A stretch of 53,852 bases of DNA, counting the filler, from Sluysia triapertura (Eukaryota), in assembly GCA_046118255.1 (NCBI GenBank). It is 4 parts of 4 records of this genome, joined end to end, with 100 filler letters (N's around TTAATTAATTAA, not from the genome) between each part and the next. Parts side by side here need not be neighbours in the genome. Positions count along the whole stretch, not along the records: positions 27,328 to 41,421 come from JBJNIA010005997.1; 3 more parts are not named here. One strand, written 5' to 3'. The notes beneath the pieces were generated by a model. It was given only the letters and a program-made list of their open reading frames with translations, made no database searches and was not told the DNA's origin. Every line of letters starts with the position of its first letter. Positions within the stretch are counted from its first letter, which is position 1. Below are positions 27,228-39,731 of the stretch, piece by piece. The position numbers were made by a program, and so were the translations under genes.

Positions 27228-27327
27228 NNNNNNNNNNNNNNNNNNNNNNNNNNNNNNNNNNNNNNNNNNNNTTAATTAATTAANNNNNNNNNNNNNNNNN
27301 NNNNNNNNNNNNNNNNNNNNNNNNNNN
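27228..27327. other. Artificial contig linker
   Basis: 44 N + TTAATTAATTAA + 44 N. Confidence 0.95.
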
Positions 27328-27399
27328 CAATTTTCATACATTTTTCCTAAATCATCATCTATAAAGACAATAAATCACCATATATATTAAGGAAAAAAA

Positions 27400-27420
27400 A
27401 TTCGTAGCTGAAAGGGTTAA
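27400..27420 (+). mobile_element. piggyBac-type right terminus
   Basis: CGTAGCTGAAAGGG|TTAA; the left end is not present in this contig. Confidence 0.5.
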
Positions 27421-30400
27421 ATTGATTCAAAAAAAGAATAACGACTGAATTTATAACTATACAAATTAGGATATTCCTGAATTTTACGTCCTATATTAAA
27501 GCAGGACTGAAATAAATATGTGGGGATAGTTTAAAATTCCCGAGGGTTGTGTTACAATAATTTAAATGCTAAAATACGTTAAAGTTTATTAAACTAATAT
27601 TCGAGAATAAGTTATAAAATGTGGATACAAGGTTAACAAAATTAAAGATTATTAATTAGAAAGTTCAAATATTTTAATTTGATTTTTTAAGGGTTTTGTC
27701 AAATAACCTCTGAAAAACGTTAACAAAAATCATTTGTCCTTGATTTCATTGCACATCTTAAAATATGCACAAAACTTAAGTAATTATAAACTAAAGTGAA
27801 TTTGATTTTGTTTTTAAGTTATAGATAATTTTCCAGCTCTAAAGATCACCGTCTTGAGAAATTTCAAAGATTATTTATTGACACGAATGATGCGTTTTAG
27901 GATTGATTTACAAAGAACTTTATTATTTTCCAGAAGATTTAAAATTTTTCTCTTTATTGTATTTCTTTCCAAGTGTGGTTGTTGCGAAAGTTTTGTACTT
28001 TTTTGATATATATTTTGGTTACGCTTTTGAAATTTGCTTGCATAAATTTTCTATAAATTTAGAAAACAAATATTAACATTAATCTATAAAAATCATAAAT
28101 TATTAATTGAACGACGTACGTTTAATCAATAACATGTAATGCTTGCATTTTTAATATAATATTTTTTGCTTAGTGATTTGATTACAATTATTGAATACAC
28201 GCTTAAACACAAGATCATCACAAATGCACAAAACGTATCATTGATTTTTCTTTATTATTATTATTGTAAACATGAATATTTGATGATTTGATAAAATCTT
28301 TGTAATAAGAAATGTAAATTATAATAAAATTATTATTAATATCTGATGAATATCTAAAAGAAAAAGAAAATCTACGAATGTTTGAAAATAAATTATGATT
28401 GAATGTTGAGCTTAAACTGTATGTGATTAATATTTGATTAAGGTATGAAATGATTTAATATAGTGATTCATAAAATTTATGTACATAATATGTGAAATTA
28501 ATAAAATAAAACTTAACTTCTAATAATAGTATATGCAAGAATTTAACAATAATATTACTAACGATTGTGCATTTTAAATATTTCTGATTACCCTGTATTT
28601 TAATAATTATAAGGATTCAGTCACTGCATATTTATAAATAATTCTTATAATAACTTTATCTATCTAATAATTAACATGATAACTAACAATCTTTATTATA
28701 TTCAATTATATGCAAGAATTTAATATAAATATAGCAATAAGGATTTAATAAATGCACAAGAAACCAATTTCTGTGAACATTTGATTAAAACAGATTGAAT
28801 TACAACTAGTTTGATTACGGAAGATTTAGGAGTGCAGATTGCCTTATCGAAATTTATTTTGATTACTAAAAATTATACAGCTGATAGGAGTGAGTTATTG
28901 TTAGGTAGTCTTGCATAAATTAATTCATCAAATTTTATAAATATAATTTTATATATATAAATTTTATTAAATATGTTTGTGTTTACTATAAGTTGATTTT
29001 TCTTTAGTCTTTACTATCTTTAAAATCTGGATATCAGTTTAGATAATGTTAATATATGTTACGGTTTAATCACTTTTATGTGTCAATTAAATTTTAGTCT
29101 TCATTCTTTAAAGTTTATTATTGAGGACTTTATTAAATTTAATTTATTGGATATCGTTTCTCTTAGTAAATGAGTTCGACACTCGTCTCCGCTGTTTGAG
29201 ATGGAAGTTTTTCGTCTATATAAATCGTATTCCTCATTCTTTTTACTTGCTCTAATAAACTAACTAATCGAATTACATAATCACATATCTTTCTTCAAGC
29301 GATAATAGCAGTCTTTCAAATGGGTAAAAACACAAATGAACATTAACAATTATTATATGTAAGGTAGAATTCAAATAAAAATAAACATTTTAATTAATTC
29401 AATGTTTACTGAACTGAATAATCTACCTGTACTTAAATGGATAGAATTAATGCTGACCGATGTTAGTTAATTGAGCTTTAATAATATTTTCCAATTGTAG
29501 ATAATAAAGTCACTATTTTCACTACTGTAGAATAAATACCTGTTCAGTATGTGCTATGATTGAAATCACCATCCTTGTTGATATTGTTTTTTAGTCCAGC
29601 GTATTAATTTTTTCCTGGTATTTATCCTCGTATATATGTGAAATTGTTATAATTCCACAAATAAAATTAAATTTATAAAATGATTTAAAATAAGATTACT
29701 GATAAATTTATCATGATTACAGCGTAAGATTATACAGTTAAAATAAAATTCTATAAAATTGTTAATCATCGATATTATTGGATATATTATTCAGTTTCAG
29801 TTAGTAGAACTGCAAGATTTTATTAATATTTTCAAAATTCATTACACACAATTATTTATTACAAAATTTGTTCTTTAATTAATTCAATCTTAGATTTATA
29901 ATAAATTCTTAAATTTCGATAATATATATTTTAAGCATTCGATTATAGAACGTATCACATTTTATAGCTGATTTTCAAACATTAGAAAGCATTACATTCA
30001 ATTAGCTAGCATTAAATTTTTGTTGCATTCAAACATTGGATTATTATAACATTCGAGCATAATATTTAAGAGAGTATTATATTTTCTTTAAATCATTTAT
30101 TATCTGACTAACATTTCGATTATTTTCAAACAAACATTCATAACATTTTAACTTATTTTCAAAGTATTACATTGAATATTAGATTGCTTAAAAAATTATA
30201 AATAATAATTCGTTTTTTAATAAATAAAAATTTGTAAAAGTTCGATAAACGTATTATAAATAAATAGTTTTGTAAGATTTTGTCTGTTGTAATTGAAATT
30301 TATAAATGATAGTAAAAGTTTATCTACTGTATTTAATATATAAAAGTTAGAAAGATTTTGTTTGCTATATTTGAATTTTATAAATAAAGGTTTGTATAAA

Positions 30401-31235
30401 TTCATAAAATGATTGAATAAAAATTAGTAAAACTTTATTTATTGTATTCGCTAAATTATAAATAAAAGTCTATCTCTTGTATTCGTTAAATTTATAAATA
30501 ACCTGTTGGACTTGTGCATTACCTTACCATATTTAAATAAAAGTCTTTCTTTTACTGCAGAACTAAGAGGGGGATTGAAAACTAGGATTCAACAGCATTT
30601 TCTTTACTTTTATTTTTTGAATGTCAATGTTATTCTTTAAGGATTATATTATTAATTTATTATAAAATAAATTCTGTGGGATGCCTAACGCTTTTACATA
30701 TTAGTGGTTTTAATTTAGGTTGGTGGTACAAATGCATATACTGATTACAACAATTACGTTTACAATGCTTCCAGCGCATCTCGTCGAGATAGTCAAACAC
30801 GAATCAAGTCAACGTCGCAACAATGTGGTCTATGATATTGATGACGCCTTATCATTTTACATTCTAAGGATAATTTATCTATTTAAAATCAATAATCAGA
30901 TTTTAATTTTTGATTATTTCTTAATTTTAATACATTTTTTTCATTAATATTTTATAATATATTGCGATTTTAGCATTGTTTATTTATTCCGAAACTAAAT
31001 TGTAAATCTATTTTATTCATTAAAAAGTTCCATTGCAAATTATTTCATTTTTATCATTTTTATATGATTTAGATTTCATATGTAAAATCATTTGACAAAA
31101 GCTTTTAATTACCGATTAAATAATAATAATGCGATTTTACGTATGAAATCGTATGTTTTTTAATTAGAAAACAGTCAAATTCATGAAATCTAAAACATAT
31201 AAACTGATAAAATAAAAATAATTTGGAATATTATA

Positions 31236-31441
31236 TTAATTTATATTGCACTCACATATATTGCAAAATAAGTACTCAAAAACGCATAAAATGAATCATT
31301 CACTAAAATATTTCTGAAACAGAAATAACTTTGCCTTTTTCTTAAATATTTCATAATCTCCAGTAATTTGACATTCTGTGGTATCTGGTTGTAAATTTTT
31401 GATATAAAAGATATATAACCTATTACATAGCTTATTATCAT
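31236..31441 (-). mobile_element. 3' end fragment of the same L2-like family
   Basis: Aligns by eye to 3160-3369 (AAAATAAGTACTCAAAA, AACTTTGCCTTTTTCTTAAATATTTCATAATCT, CAGTAATTTGACATTCT, TAGCTTATTATCA). Confidence 0.8.
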
Positions 31442-31592
31442 CTGTATACATGAATGATTAGCTTTACTAAAATTGAGAAGACAATAAAGTTAAAGTAGTA
31501 TTATGGCTTAATAAAAGTACTACTTGTTGTGTTTTGAATATATGTATCGTAACTTATGCAGAATCCAAAGTAATAATGAGGTATCTGAAATA

Positions 31593-32820
31593 CAGTCAAC
31601 CCTCATTACTCCAATAACTTCATAGTCCGAAAAAAATTTATTTCGTCAATTTTCGAACGTTTCCGGACAAATTTGATTAATTAATCTGAAACTTCATGAT
31701 CCGAATCGGAAAACTCGTTTGAATTAAATTTCTAATAATTTTTACAAGTTTCGGGTTAATGTTTAAATATTAAGCTCGTTTACAATTTTAATTTATTTAA
31801 ATTAAATATCCATATGGCTAGAAAAGAACAGAAATTACAATTCATCAAAAGGCAAAAAATTTGTGCAATAAAGGAGTCGAAGAAAATGTCGCTGAGTGAA
31901 TTGTCTCAAATTATCAGAAGAGAATTAAACCTGGACCTAGGAATTTCTATGTTATCAGAAATTTTTAAAAATAAAGAGAAATGGAAAAATTGTGAAAATT
32001 CAAACACTTCAAAAATTCATTCTCTGCTTGAGAATTCATTGATCGAATGGATATTTTGAATTGATGCGATAATAAAATTAATTTTGAATTGATGCGTGAT
32101 TGATAAAATTATCATTTCAAGAGCAAAGTAATTTGGACAAAAACTAAATGTTGATGACTGCAATTCAGCAAGGATGATTTAATCGATTTAATCTGAAATT
32201 GAAAGGAGAAACAAATTCAATGAATGATGTTGATGTTTCGGTCCATAGAAAAAATGGTTGAAAAATTGGCAGGAATTGACCCAGAAGTTATACTCAATAT
32301 GGATATGAAAGAAACCATCAAAAATTGTTTCAAAAAGGTTGCGATTATTCTAGGTCTTCACGGATCTTATGCTGAATAAAACTTGTCATCAGATCTCGTT
32401 CTTGAGACACACAAGAATGATTGAAGAGGTTATGATTCAAACAGAAGAAGTCATTGATGATGATAAAATTATTGCACTGTGTCAAGAAGAAAACACTGTT
32501 GAAGATATTGAAGATGGTCTGGTCGATGACAGTTACAACATAGGTCCAAGCAATTTATTCCATGCAATTGAAATTGTCATCAAAGCAAGTTCTTCTTCAA
32601 GCAGCTCTACTCAAAACATAACCAATGATACAGTAAAACATTTAAAAGGAGTTACAGAAATTCATTCAAAAGACTTTTTAAATAAATAATTGTCTTTTTC
32701 CTGATAAATTCATCAATATTCTGACGATCATAAAGAATTTAAATTTCTTCATTATCTGAATTAATTCACAATCCGAATGCAAATCGATTTCTAATTTTCC
32801 GGATTAATGAGACCTACATC
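31593..32820 (+). mobile_element. pogo/Tigger-type DNA transposon, internally deleted and non-autonomous
   Basis: Left TIR TA|CAGTCAACCCTCATTACTCC and degraded right TIR GGATTAATGAG. CENP-B-like HTH ORF 31814-32059 (…LSELSQII…LGISMLSEIFKNKEKW…HSLLENSLIEWI). ILNMD is fused directly to ETIKNCFKK. Acidic tail ORF 32369-32689. Confidence 0.85.
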
Positions 32821-33048
32821 TTTTGAATATTATTTAATAAATGAACAAAGATCATATCAAGATTCGGTGCCCTGAGAATTCTTTTTCCTCATTATTGTCG
32901 GAATGACGTCGAAATAGCATAGAATAGCCTGACACATATGTTTATTAAAACCATTATTTTGAAAAAACATAGTTGACTCTTCGAAGGTATTAATATTGAA
33001 AAATTAGTCCAAAAATTTATGGTTCACTTAAAATTAAATAGAACATAC

Positions 33049-33582
33049 CTGAGCTATTTCATCAGGATCTAGATGTTCGTAAGTCGATGTGGAATAATTA
33101 AAAGAATTGGTATAATATTGATTAATTGAATGAATTTGAGGTGGCAAGTGATAATAGGATGATGACGATGATGACGAATAACGATTGATTGTTGCTTGTT
33201 GGGAAATATTTGCATTAGGCATATTACTGTTGTCTGACATAACTTGTGATGCTTCTAGAGTACCAACTCCAGCACCATTTTCTGTGGTACTACCTTCATT
33301 GGTACTACTAGTACTTGTCGTAGTATGAATGTGCACTACACCACTACCATATCCACTACTATTGGATCGATGACGAGAAGAAGTTGTGTGATTGGCTGAC
33401 AATAATGATTGGTTGTAATGTCGATTGGAATTTGATGATTGATTTGAATAGGGATATCGATAACTGGCAAGTTTTGATGATGGCAAAGGAGCACTCGGTG
33501 GTCGAATGTTCGATGGAAATCTGTCCAATGACGATGGAATAGGACTGGGAGAATATTTAGTAGCACGAGATGATTTGAAAGT
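33049..33582 (-). CDS. kif26: KIF26-like exon (Ser/Thr/Asn-rich tail)
   Basis: ttttag|ACT ... CAG|gtatgt, 534 nt open. Confidence 0.8.
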
Positions 33583-36500
33583 CTAAAATATATTAATTTG
33601 TGTTTTACTTTCTCTTTTTGTTGTGATTATCCATCTGCAAGCATTTATAAGTGCCACATAACTAGAGTACCCTTATAGTAAAACCTTTAAATGTAACAAA
33701 AATTCTAAAAATTAATTACAATCTTAATTAACTTATTTACAGATAAATAACTAATTTAAAAAATAATTTTGAAATATAAAAATAATTAAATAACTAATTA
33801 AATTAAATTAACTAATTTAAAAAATAATTTTGAAATATAAAAATAATTAAACCCTTGAGTCCTGATTTTTAACATATTGAACGTATATCATGATGGAAAC
33901 ATTTATTTTATAAACATAACCAAAATATAATTTTATTCAGAAAACAAGTAAATGAATACAAGATTTAATAACCCATTTATTAATCCTCCGCAACTTTGGT
34001 TATTCATATCGATGACGAGTCTCATCCGTTAAATCAACTTTAACATATATTTCTAAACTCCTGATCGAGGGGAACTTTTACTTCCACCTGACACCAATAT
34101 GTTTTTAGTAATTTTGTCATTACCTCTGTGTCACGACCACTCGCATATACAGTACCATCGACAACACTGCTACAACTTGAAATAGGAAATATCTAAGATT
34201 AAAGCACCACTAAAGTACTAATTTATACACTTTTCCGATTATCAACATGCACTATGTACAAGTTGAATGTGTTCGGTGATGATGGTAAATTTGTTTTTAT
34301 AAAAAGTTTTTCACAGTTCTGAAATGTTGTCAAAAAATAATAATGTTTATCTATTTAGCTACAAATTTTATATCCGTAAATTCATTCTAAAAAGACCCAG
34401 TTCTTTCGAATTTCTGTATTTATTTCCCTTCTCAAAGAACAAAAGAAGAACAAAAGAACAAGAGAAGAACAAAAGAACAAGAGAAGAACAAAAGAACAAA
34501 AGAAGAACAAAAGAACAAAAGGTACACATCCTTACTATTCTTCAATTCTAAATATTATTTATTAAAACGTAATTTCTCTCAAATTAACCAATCACGTCAC
34601 GACACTACAAAACATTGTTATTACACTTACCTTAACATTTCGGAACCATTCATTACATTCACTTTCACTACTAGATTCTTCTGAACTCTGATTATCCACA
34701 CCACCCAAACCACCACCAACATCCTCGTTATTATCATCATCATCGTCGTCATCGTCATCGTCATCATCATCATCATCATCACCATCATTAGTAGTCTGTA
34801 AATATGATAATTCTGAATTTTGAATGTTCGATGATTTTAATTGGCTAGTTTGGTTATTCTGATTGGATGGTGAAAACAAATTGGATTTTTTCTGATTTTG
34901 ATTCGAGTTCGATGTTGATAAACCTCGTAAAATTGTCCTTTTTATAAGGTCCAAAGGATTGCGAAAAGATTTCGATTTTTGAATACACTAAAATAATTAA
35001 TTATTCGTTTTAATCTTAAAAGTACATATATAATTTTCTGATTATAATCATTAATAAATTGAATGATTTGAATAAACAATTTTAGTTATAAATTAGCTAC
35101 TTATAAATAATGAATAGCTTATTGTATGAAAAAAATAGCATTCTTTATTTAATTTTATTAATATTATCATTTAAATGTGTAAATTATTTTTCACAATATT
35201 TGTTGCTTATAAACATGTAAACATATACGAAAACTACACACAAGAAAAGAAGAAGTGTGACAGTTATTTTGCTATCCCTTTTAATAATAATTCCTTATTC
35301 CTAACAATCAGTACCAAAGAAGAAACACTAAATCAATTATTATTGGTTAACTTATTAACCATTAAACTGATATTTTGTTATAAGTAGAAAAAAATAACCT
35401 TTTTTTGAATAACCGAATCACAATTAACTGATGCTTGCTGATTGGTTGTAATTATTTGCCTATTCAATGAATTATATCCATTGTTATTGGCCATAATAAC
35501 AGGCATATCTGATTGCCAATATTTATGGCCATAGTTACTGTAACTAAGCTGTGTATGGTAATTAGGCGTTTGAGTTTGTTGTGGTGGTGATAAAACTTGA
35601 TAATGTGATTGGTTATTCGAATCACCATAGTTACCGGACTGTGTAAGAGTATTACTGGCACTATTTGTAGTTGTAGTTAATGTATTAACACCGGCCTCGT
35701 AGTATTGGTAATTATGAGAAGTTTCTTCATTATAGCAACGAGTGTCATGTGTTTCTATTGCCATATTGCATTGTGCATATGGTGACAATGAATTATTGGA
35801 TGAATCGGATGTCAGACGAGTTACATCATTGAACCAACGTGTTAACGTTGATTGGCTGTAATTGGAGCTACGAAACACATCAATATCTGATTGGTTGTTG
35901 TTAAGTACTTCTGGAATCTGTGATAGGCCAGTTATTTGTTCACTACAGTTATTGGTTAACGGAGAATTACGTTTTGAATTTGTCTAAATTATAATTATAT
36001 CAAATTTATTATTGTTGTACAGCGATTTCATTAAATTATTCAATTTACTAACCGTCACAAATTCAAATGGCCGTGCTTCCGGGGAACTACTAATCGGAGT
36101 ATCCAAATTTTTTGTCGGTCCATCCACCCATATATCTTCACCATTATTTATTGCTTGTTGCACTTTCTTCAATGTCGATTTCGAACATTGTTTTGTAATT
36201 CCTTTCGTGCTTGCTTTTTGTTCATTAATTGTGCCAGCAAAATTTAATGTAGAAGAAATGTATTTGTTCGATTTATTTCTAAAATCAAACTTTTTACGAA
36301 CATCTTTACAACCCTAAAAATATAAAAATAAATAAATAAATAATAAATTTTAGTTGTTTTTATTTTACTTATTAAAAATCAGTAGATAAAATTCATTAAA
36401 AATTACTGAATCTGAATCTGATGACATAAATGAAGCGCGTAGTTTACGTGATATATGACTTTCATCATCACTGCAACAATTGGTACTGGTTTCCTTGTTA

Positions 36501-37941
36501 ACACATACTACAGTTTCCATACATGACATTTCAGAAACTGAAGCCACTTCAATATCTGACATTTGATTTTGGTGGTGACTATTATAATGCTTATTCGGTC
36601 GATTAATGATAGATTTCGGTGGACGTACAGACGACAATAAACCACTTGAAGCAGGTTTTTCCAATTTCGTTTCTATAGGAACCATATAAGTTCTAAGTCG
36701 ATGTTTTAATCGAGTGATTTTTGCAGAAAACTGTAATAACTGAATTTAAATTTAAAAAATGAAAATTATAAATAATATTGATAAAAAATATGGAAAATAA
36801 TTTTGTATAAATCTTGAAAGATGAAGCTTTTAAAATTAGAATTTCAACTAGTTTTCATTTTAAAACTGACCAATGATGTAAGAGTTCCGAAATCAGTTAG
36901 ATTTAGCACCCTCCAAAGGTATGACGAATGTATAACTTAATAAATGTTTAATCCAAGAACTGGATCAACAAAATACCGACGTAAGCCGTACAGTCGCTAA
37001 TCATATGACAGTTATTATCTTTTCATAGTACGAGATCATCTAAAATATACATTCATGTGTGTGGACTGATTTGTCTGGTTAATTCCGACAGCAAACGAGA
37101 CTCCAACCTACTAACTAGTACATGCATGTTTATTTAGCGCATGCTGATCACTTAGAGGATTAACAGATCCGTGATGTCCGGGGCCGTACCGGTGCTACAG
37201 TGGCAGTACCACTGAGTTTATTTCCTAGCATGAGAGGGTCGGGTAATCTACTAACTGCTGTCATATCAAGAATAGTGGTTTGAAATTATTCCACTTGTAC
37301 GAGGAATTTCTAACTTGTTCTGAGTACATCCCTGCCATTTGTATACGGTGCTCGTCGCTACTACCGATTGAATAATTAATATTTCAATACCTAAGTAATA
37401 TCAATTTTCCGAAAGGTGTTATCAAAATACTATTAAAAAATGTAAAAATATAGAACAGAAGAATTTAAAAAAGAAAGTCGTAAAATCGTTCTAAATGGTA
37501 CATTGCACAACTAGATTAATAAATCAATAACCTGCATCGTATCGGACAACTGATCATCTAGATTGGGTAAATGGGTAATGAAACAAAAAAAATTCGACTG
37601 TGAATATTGATCGAAAAATATCAAATTTAGCAAATGACGGAAGTTACTAGGCTGAAAATTCGAATAATCTTCTGTTGGTTTTTCAATGTCTTCTGTACGC
37701 AGATTAATCAAGTTCGAGTTGCTATGGATACGGGATAAACTGCCAGTAAAATATCGGGACATAGAAGACAATGATACACAGCGTTTTCGATTATAAATAT
37801 AACTATTAATTTCTTCATAATCGTTACTATTATCGTTGCTATGTGGACACTGATGAAGAGACGTTGTCATGGAACATTTCTTGTACTTTTGCTTAGAGAG
37901 ATTTAATTCAAGCCATGTGATATTACTACACCTTACTGAAA
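33049..37941 (-). CDS. kif26: KIF26/VAB-8-like (kinesin-11) protein, partial; degenerate motor C-terminus plus long disordered tail
   Basis: Seven GT-AG exons join in frame with phase-0 introns: 37941(or 37935)-37532, 36739-36407, 36313-36053, 35983-35399, 34987-34631, 34192-34124, 33582-33049. KIF26-like motifs: SDTMQ|LLQFSAKITRLK (motor end ETLSTxQLASRIHR), SEMSCMETVVCV (SEQSCDTVIYV), EDIWVDGP, SSGYGS, YEHLDPDEIAQ. A candidate last exon is 32928-32857. The 5' exons are not seen. Confidence 0.72.
34124..34192 (-). CDS. kif26: KIF26-like small exon IFPISSCSSVVDGTVYASGRDTE
   Basis: cttag|ATA ... GAG|gtaatg, 69 nt, phase 0/0. Confidence 0.6.
34436..34520 (+). repeat. Intronic purine-rich tandem repeat (AAGAACAA/AAGAAG units)
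   Basis: Directly visible; it explains the spurious ORF 34324-34551. Confidence 0.85.
34631..34987 (-). CDS. kif26: KIF26-like exon with poly-Asp tract
   Basis: ttttag|TGT ... AAG|gtaagt, 357 nt open. Confidence 0.8.
35399..35983 (-). CDS. kif26: KIF26-like exon (N/S/T/Q-rich)
   Basis: tttag|ACA ... AAG|gttatt, 585 nt open. Confidence 0.8.
36053..36313 (-). CDS. kif26: KIF26-like exon containing WVDGP motif
   Basis: ttttag|GGT ... ACG|gttagt, 261 nt open. Confidence 0.8.
36407..36739 (-). CDS. kif26: KIF26-like exon: motor helix alpha-6 end and neck
   Basis: ttcag|TTA ... TCA|gtaatt, 333 nt open. Confidence 0.8.
37068..37375 (+). pseudogene. 18S rRNA pseudogene fragment (3' part), multiply deleted; may extend upstream to about 36940
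   Basis: Colinear degenerate SSU motifs: GATTTGTCTGGTTAATTCCG, AACGAGACT, CTTAGAGG, TAACAGaTCcGTGATG/TCCGGGGCCG, CGGGTAATC, ACGAGGAATT, TCCCTGCCaTTTGTAtAC, CGTCGCTACTACCGATTGAAT. Confidence 0.92.
37532..37941 (-). CDS. kif26: KIF26-like exon: degenerate motor C-terminal part
   Basis: ttcag acceptor (phase 1) ... CAG|gttatt. Reads GSLSRIHSNSNLINL (cf. GGRSRLHLIDL) and RHLLNLIFF...FITHLPNLDDQLSDTMQ. Confidence 0.7.
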
Positions 37942-37946
37942 CTGAA

Positions 37947-37950
<4 letters not shown>

Positions 37951-38008
<58 letters not shown>

Positions 38009-38265
38009 GGGTAATAATATTGATAATAGTGATAATAATAATGAAAATAGAAATAATAATCAGAATAGTAATAATAATATTGATAATACTGACAATAATG
38101 ATACTAGTAATAATAATAATAGTATTGATAATAATAATAATAGAAATAATAATAATGAAAATATTAATAATAATGTTGATAATGATAATAACAATAACAA
38201 TAATATTGATAATAGTGACAATAATGATAGCAGTGATAATGATAATAGCAATTATAATGATAATG
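37951..38265. repeat. (AAT)n microsatellite grading into degenerate AAT/GAT/AGT repeat, running into the N gap
   Basis: Directly visible. Confidence 0.95.
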
Positions 38266-38639
38266 NNNNNNNNNNNNNNNNNNNNNNNNNNNNNNNNNNN
38301 NNNNNNNNNNNNNNNNNNNNNNNNNNNNNNNNNNNNNNNNNNNNNNNNNNNNNNNNNNNNNNNNNNNNNNNNNNNNNNNNNNNNNNNNNNNNNNNNNNNN
38401 NNNNNNNNNNNNNNNNTAATAGTATACTGCAATATGAACATCTACGAAGTCGGTATTTTGTAACTAGTTTCTAACTCTTTTTCGATCAATTAAATAAATT
38501 ATGTAAAGAAGGAATTCAACCCATTTATTCCATAATAACTCCCCCATTACAATACCTATTCGTATAACCAAGCATTTTCCCGTAAAAAGATCCACAGTAA
38601 TTTCACCTTCGTTTTTTGCACCTCCTCGTATCACTAGAT

Positions 38640-38900
38640 TTTTCCATACAGAAGAGGCACTCTTGATCCACTTTTGATAATATTTGCTCTTTCATCTCGA
38701 GCCTAAGTTTAGATCTTCTATCACCACCACGTCTTCTTGGTTATATCAAGGTTGTTTTTAAATATCTTTGTATCACCGTATTAACTGTTTCGTATGGTTT
38801 ACCATGCATTAAACTGATTGACTAAGTAGAATATCCTTCAAGTGTTTTTTTGGAATATTCTTGCCCTGTCATCGGCTGATAGAGTAGTTATTCGTGTGGA
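38640..38900 (-). mobile_element. IS630/Tc1-like transposase N-terminal HTH relic
   Basis: Minus strand reads GKPYETVNTVIQRYLKTTLI*PRRRGGDRRSKL, resembling HTH followed by the KRGG.R..KL linker. Confidence 0.55.
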
Positions 38901-38974
38901 AGAGTTTACTGTTACCTTATGGATGGTAATTTGATCGTTGTTTGTGTTCAAATGATTGAGGTAACCAAATTATT

Positions 38975-39214
38975 AGACTAAAACAGAAAAAATACGTTTC
39001 TCGGTGATCATGGTGTTAAGTTGCTACCCTGGCCTGGAACCTCTCCAGACACGAATTCCATAAACCAACCACCAGGACGGAACTTATTGAAACCCTGATA
39101 AAAGTATGGCATCCCCATGACCAGATCAAAGACTTGTGGCCCAAGCTCATGCATAGCACGCCTTTAAGGATCAGGAAATTACTGGATAACAAAGGAGGAC
39201 AAACAAAGTACTGA
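38975..39214 (+). mobile_element. Tc1-family transposase C-terminal relic
   Basis: Reads FLGDHGVKLLPWPGTSPDTNSI (WPxxSPDLNPIE motif), a deletion, then PTTRTELIETLIKVW...KLMHSTPLRIRKLLDNKGGQTKY*. Confidence 0.85.
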
Positions 39215-39567
39215 TACAACAGTTTGTACATATTTGATTTGTAGTAAATTGTATTATCACATTCTACATGAAAAAAATTACTTTCACCAGAATTTTTTGG
39301 AGAAAGTAGTTATTTTCCAACATTTTTCGTGATAATGTTTTCATACAATTGTATTTATACACTTTTGATTAATAGTTTCATAGTAACCTTGAAAAATGTT
39401 GAATTTTATCACAAAATTGTCTATAGTCTAATCACACAGAAAACAAAATTATGTAATTTACAATTAAAACCCTTTCTTTTTTCTAAAAATCATTGAAATT
39501 AAAATTATCTTCACTTTATACATACCTAGGAAATTAAATACTTTTACATTTAAAAAAGGAATAAAAA

Positions 39568-39650
39568 TCATTGGATCCACGTATAACGCGAATTCGTATA
39601 ATGCGATGATAAAATTGCGACAAACCTCGTACAACGCGTTATTTTACTAT
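39568..39650 (+). mobile_element. pogo/Tigger-like MITE terminus
   Basis: CATTGGATCCACGTATAACGCG followed by repeats CGTATAATGCG and CGTACAACGCG, typical Tigger TIR and subterminal motifs. Confidence 0.5.
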
Positions 39651-39731
39651 TATTCACTCCGAGTTCGACATCTATCGTTTTTTATTAAAATATGATTGTT
39701 TTACGAACTATATCACAAAATATTGATTTAG

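Noticed and set aside
33745-33852. Two direct copies of a roughly 44-bp AT-rich unit; degenerate arrays also at 30230-30510
   Set aside because: Simple tandem duplications. Not CRISPR-like: eukaryotic context, no unique spacer array, no cas genes.
37068-37375. Functional rDNA unit
   Set aside because: Short fragment with deletions and substitutions in universally conserved motifs, and no ITS, 5.8S or 28S.
37869-38474. Poly-Asn, poly-Ile and poly-Leu ORFs in the ORF track
   Set aside because: Translations of an (AAT)n microsatellite and an N gap.
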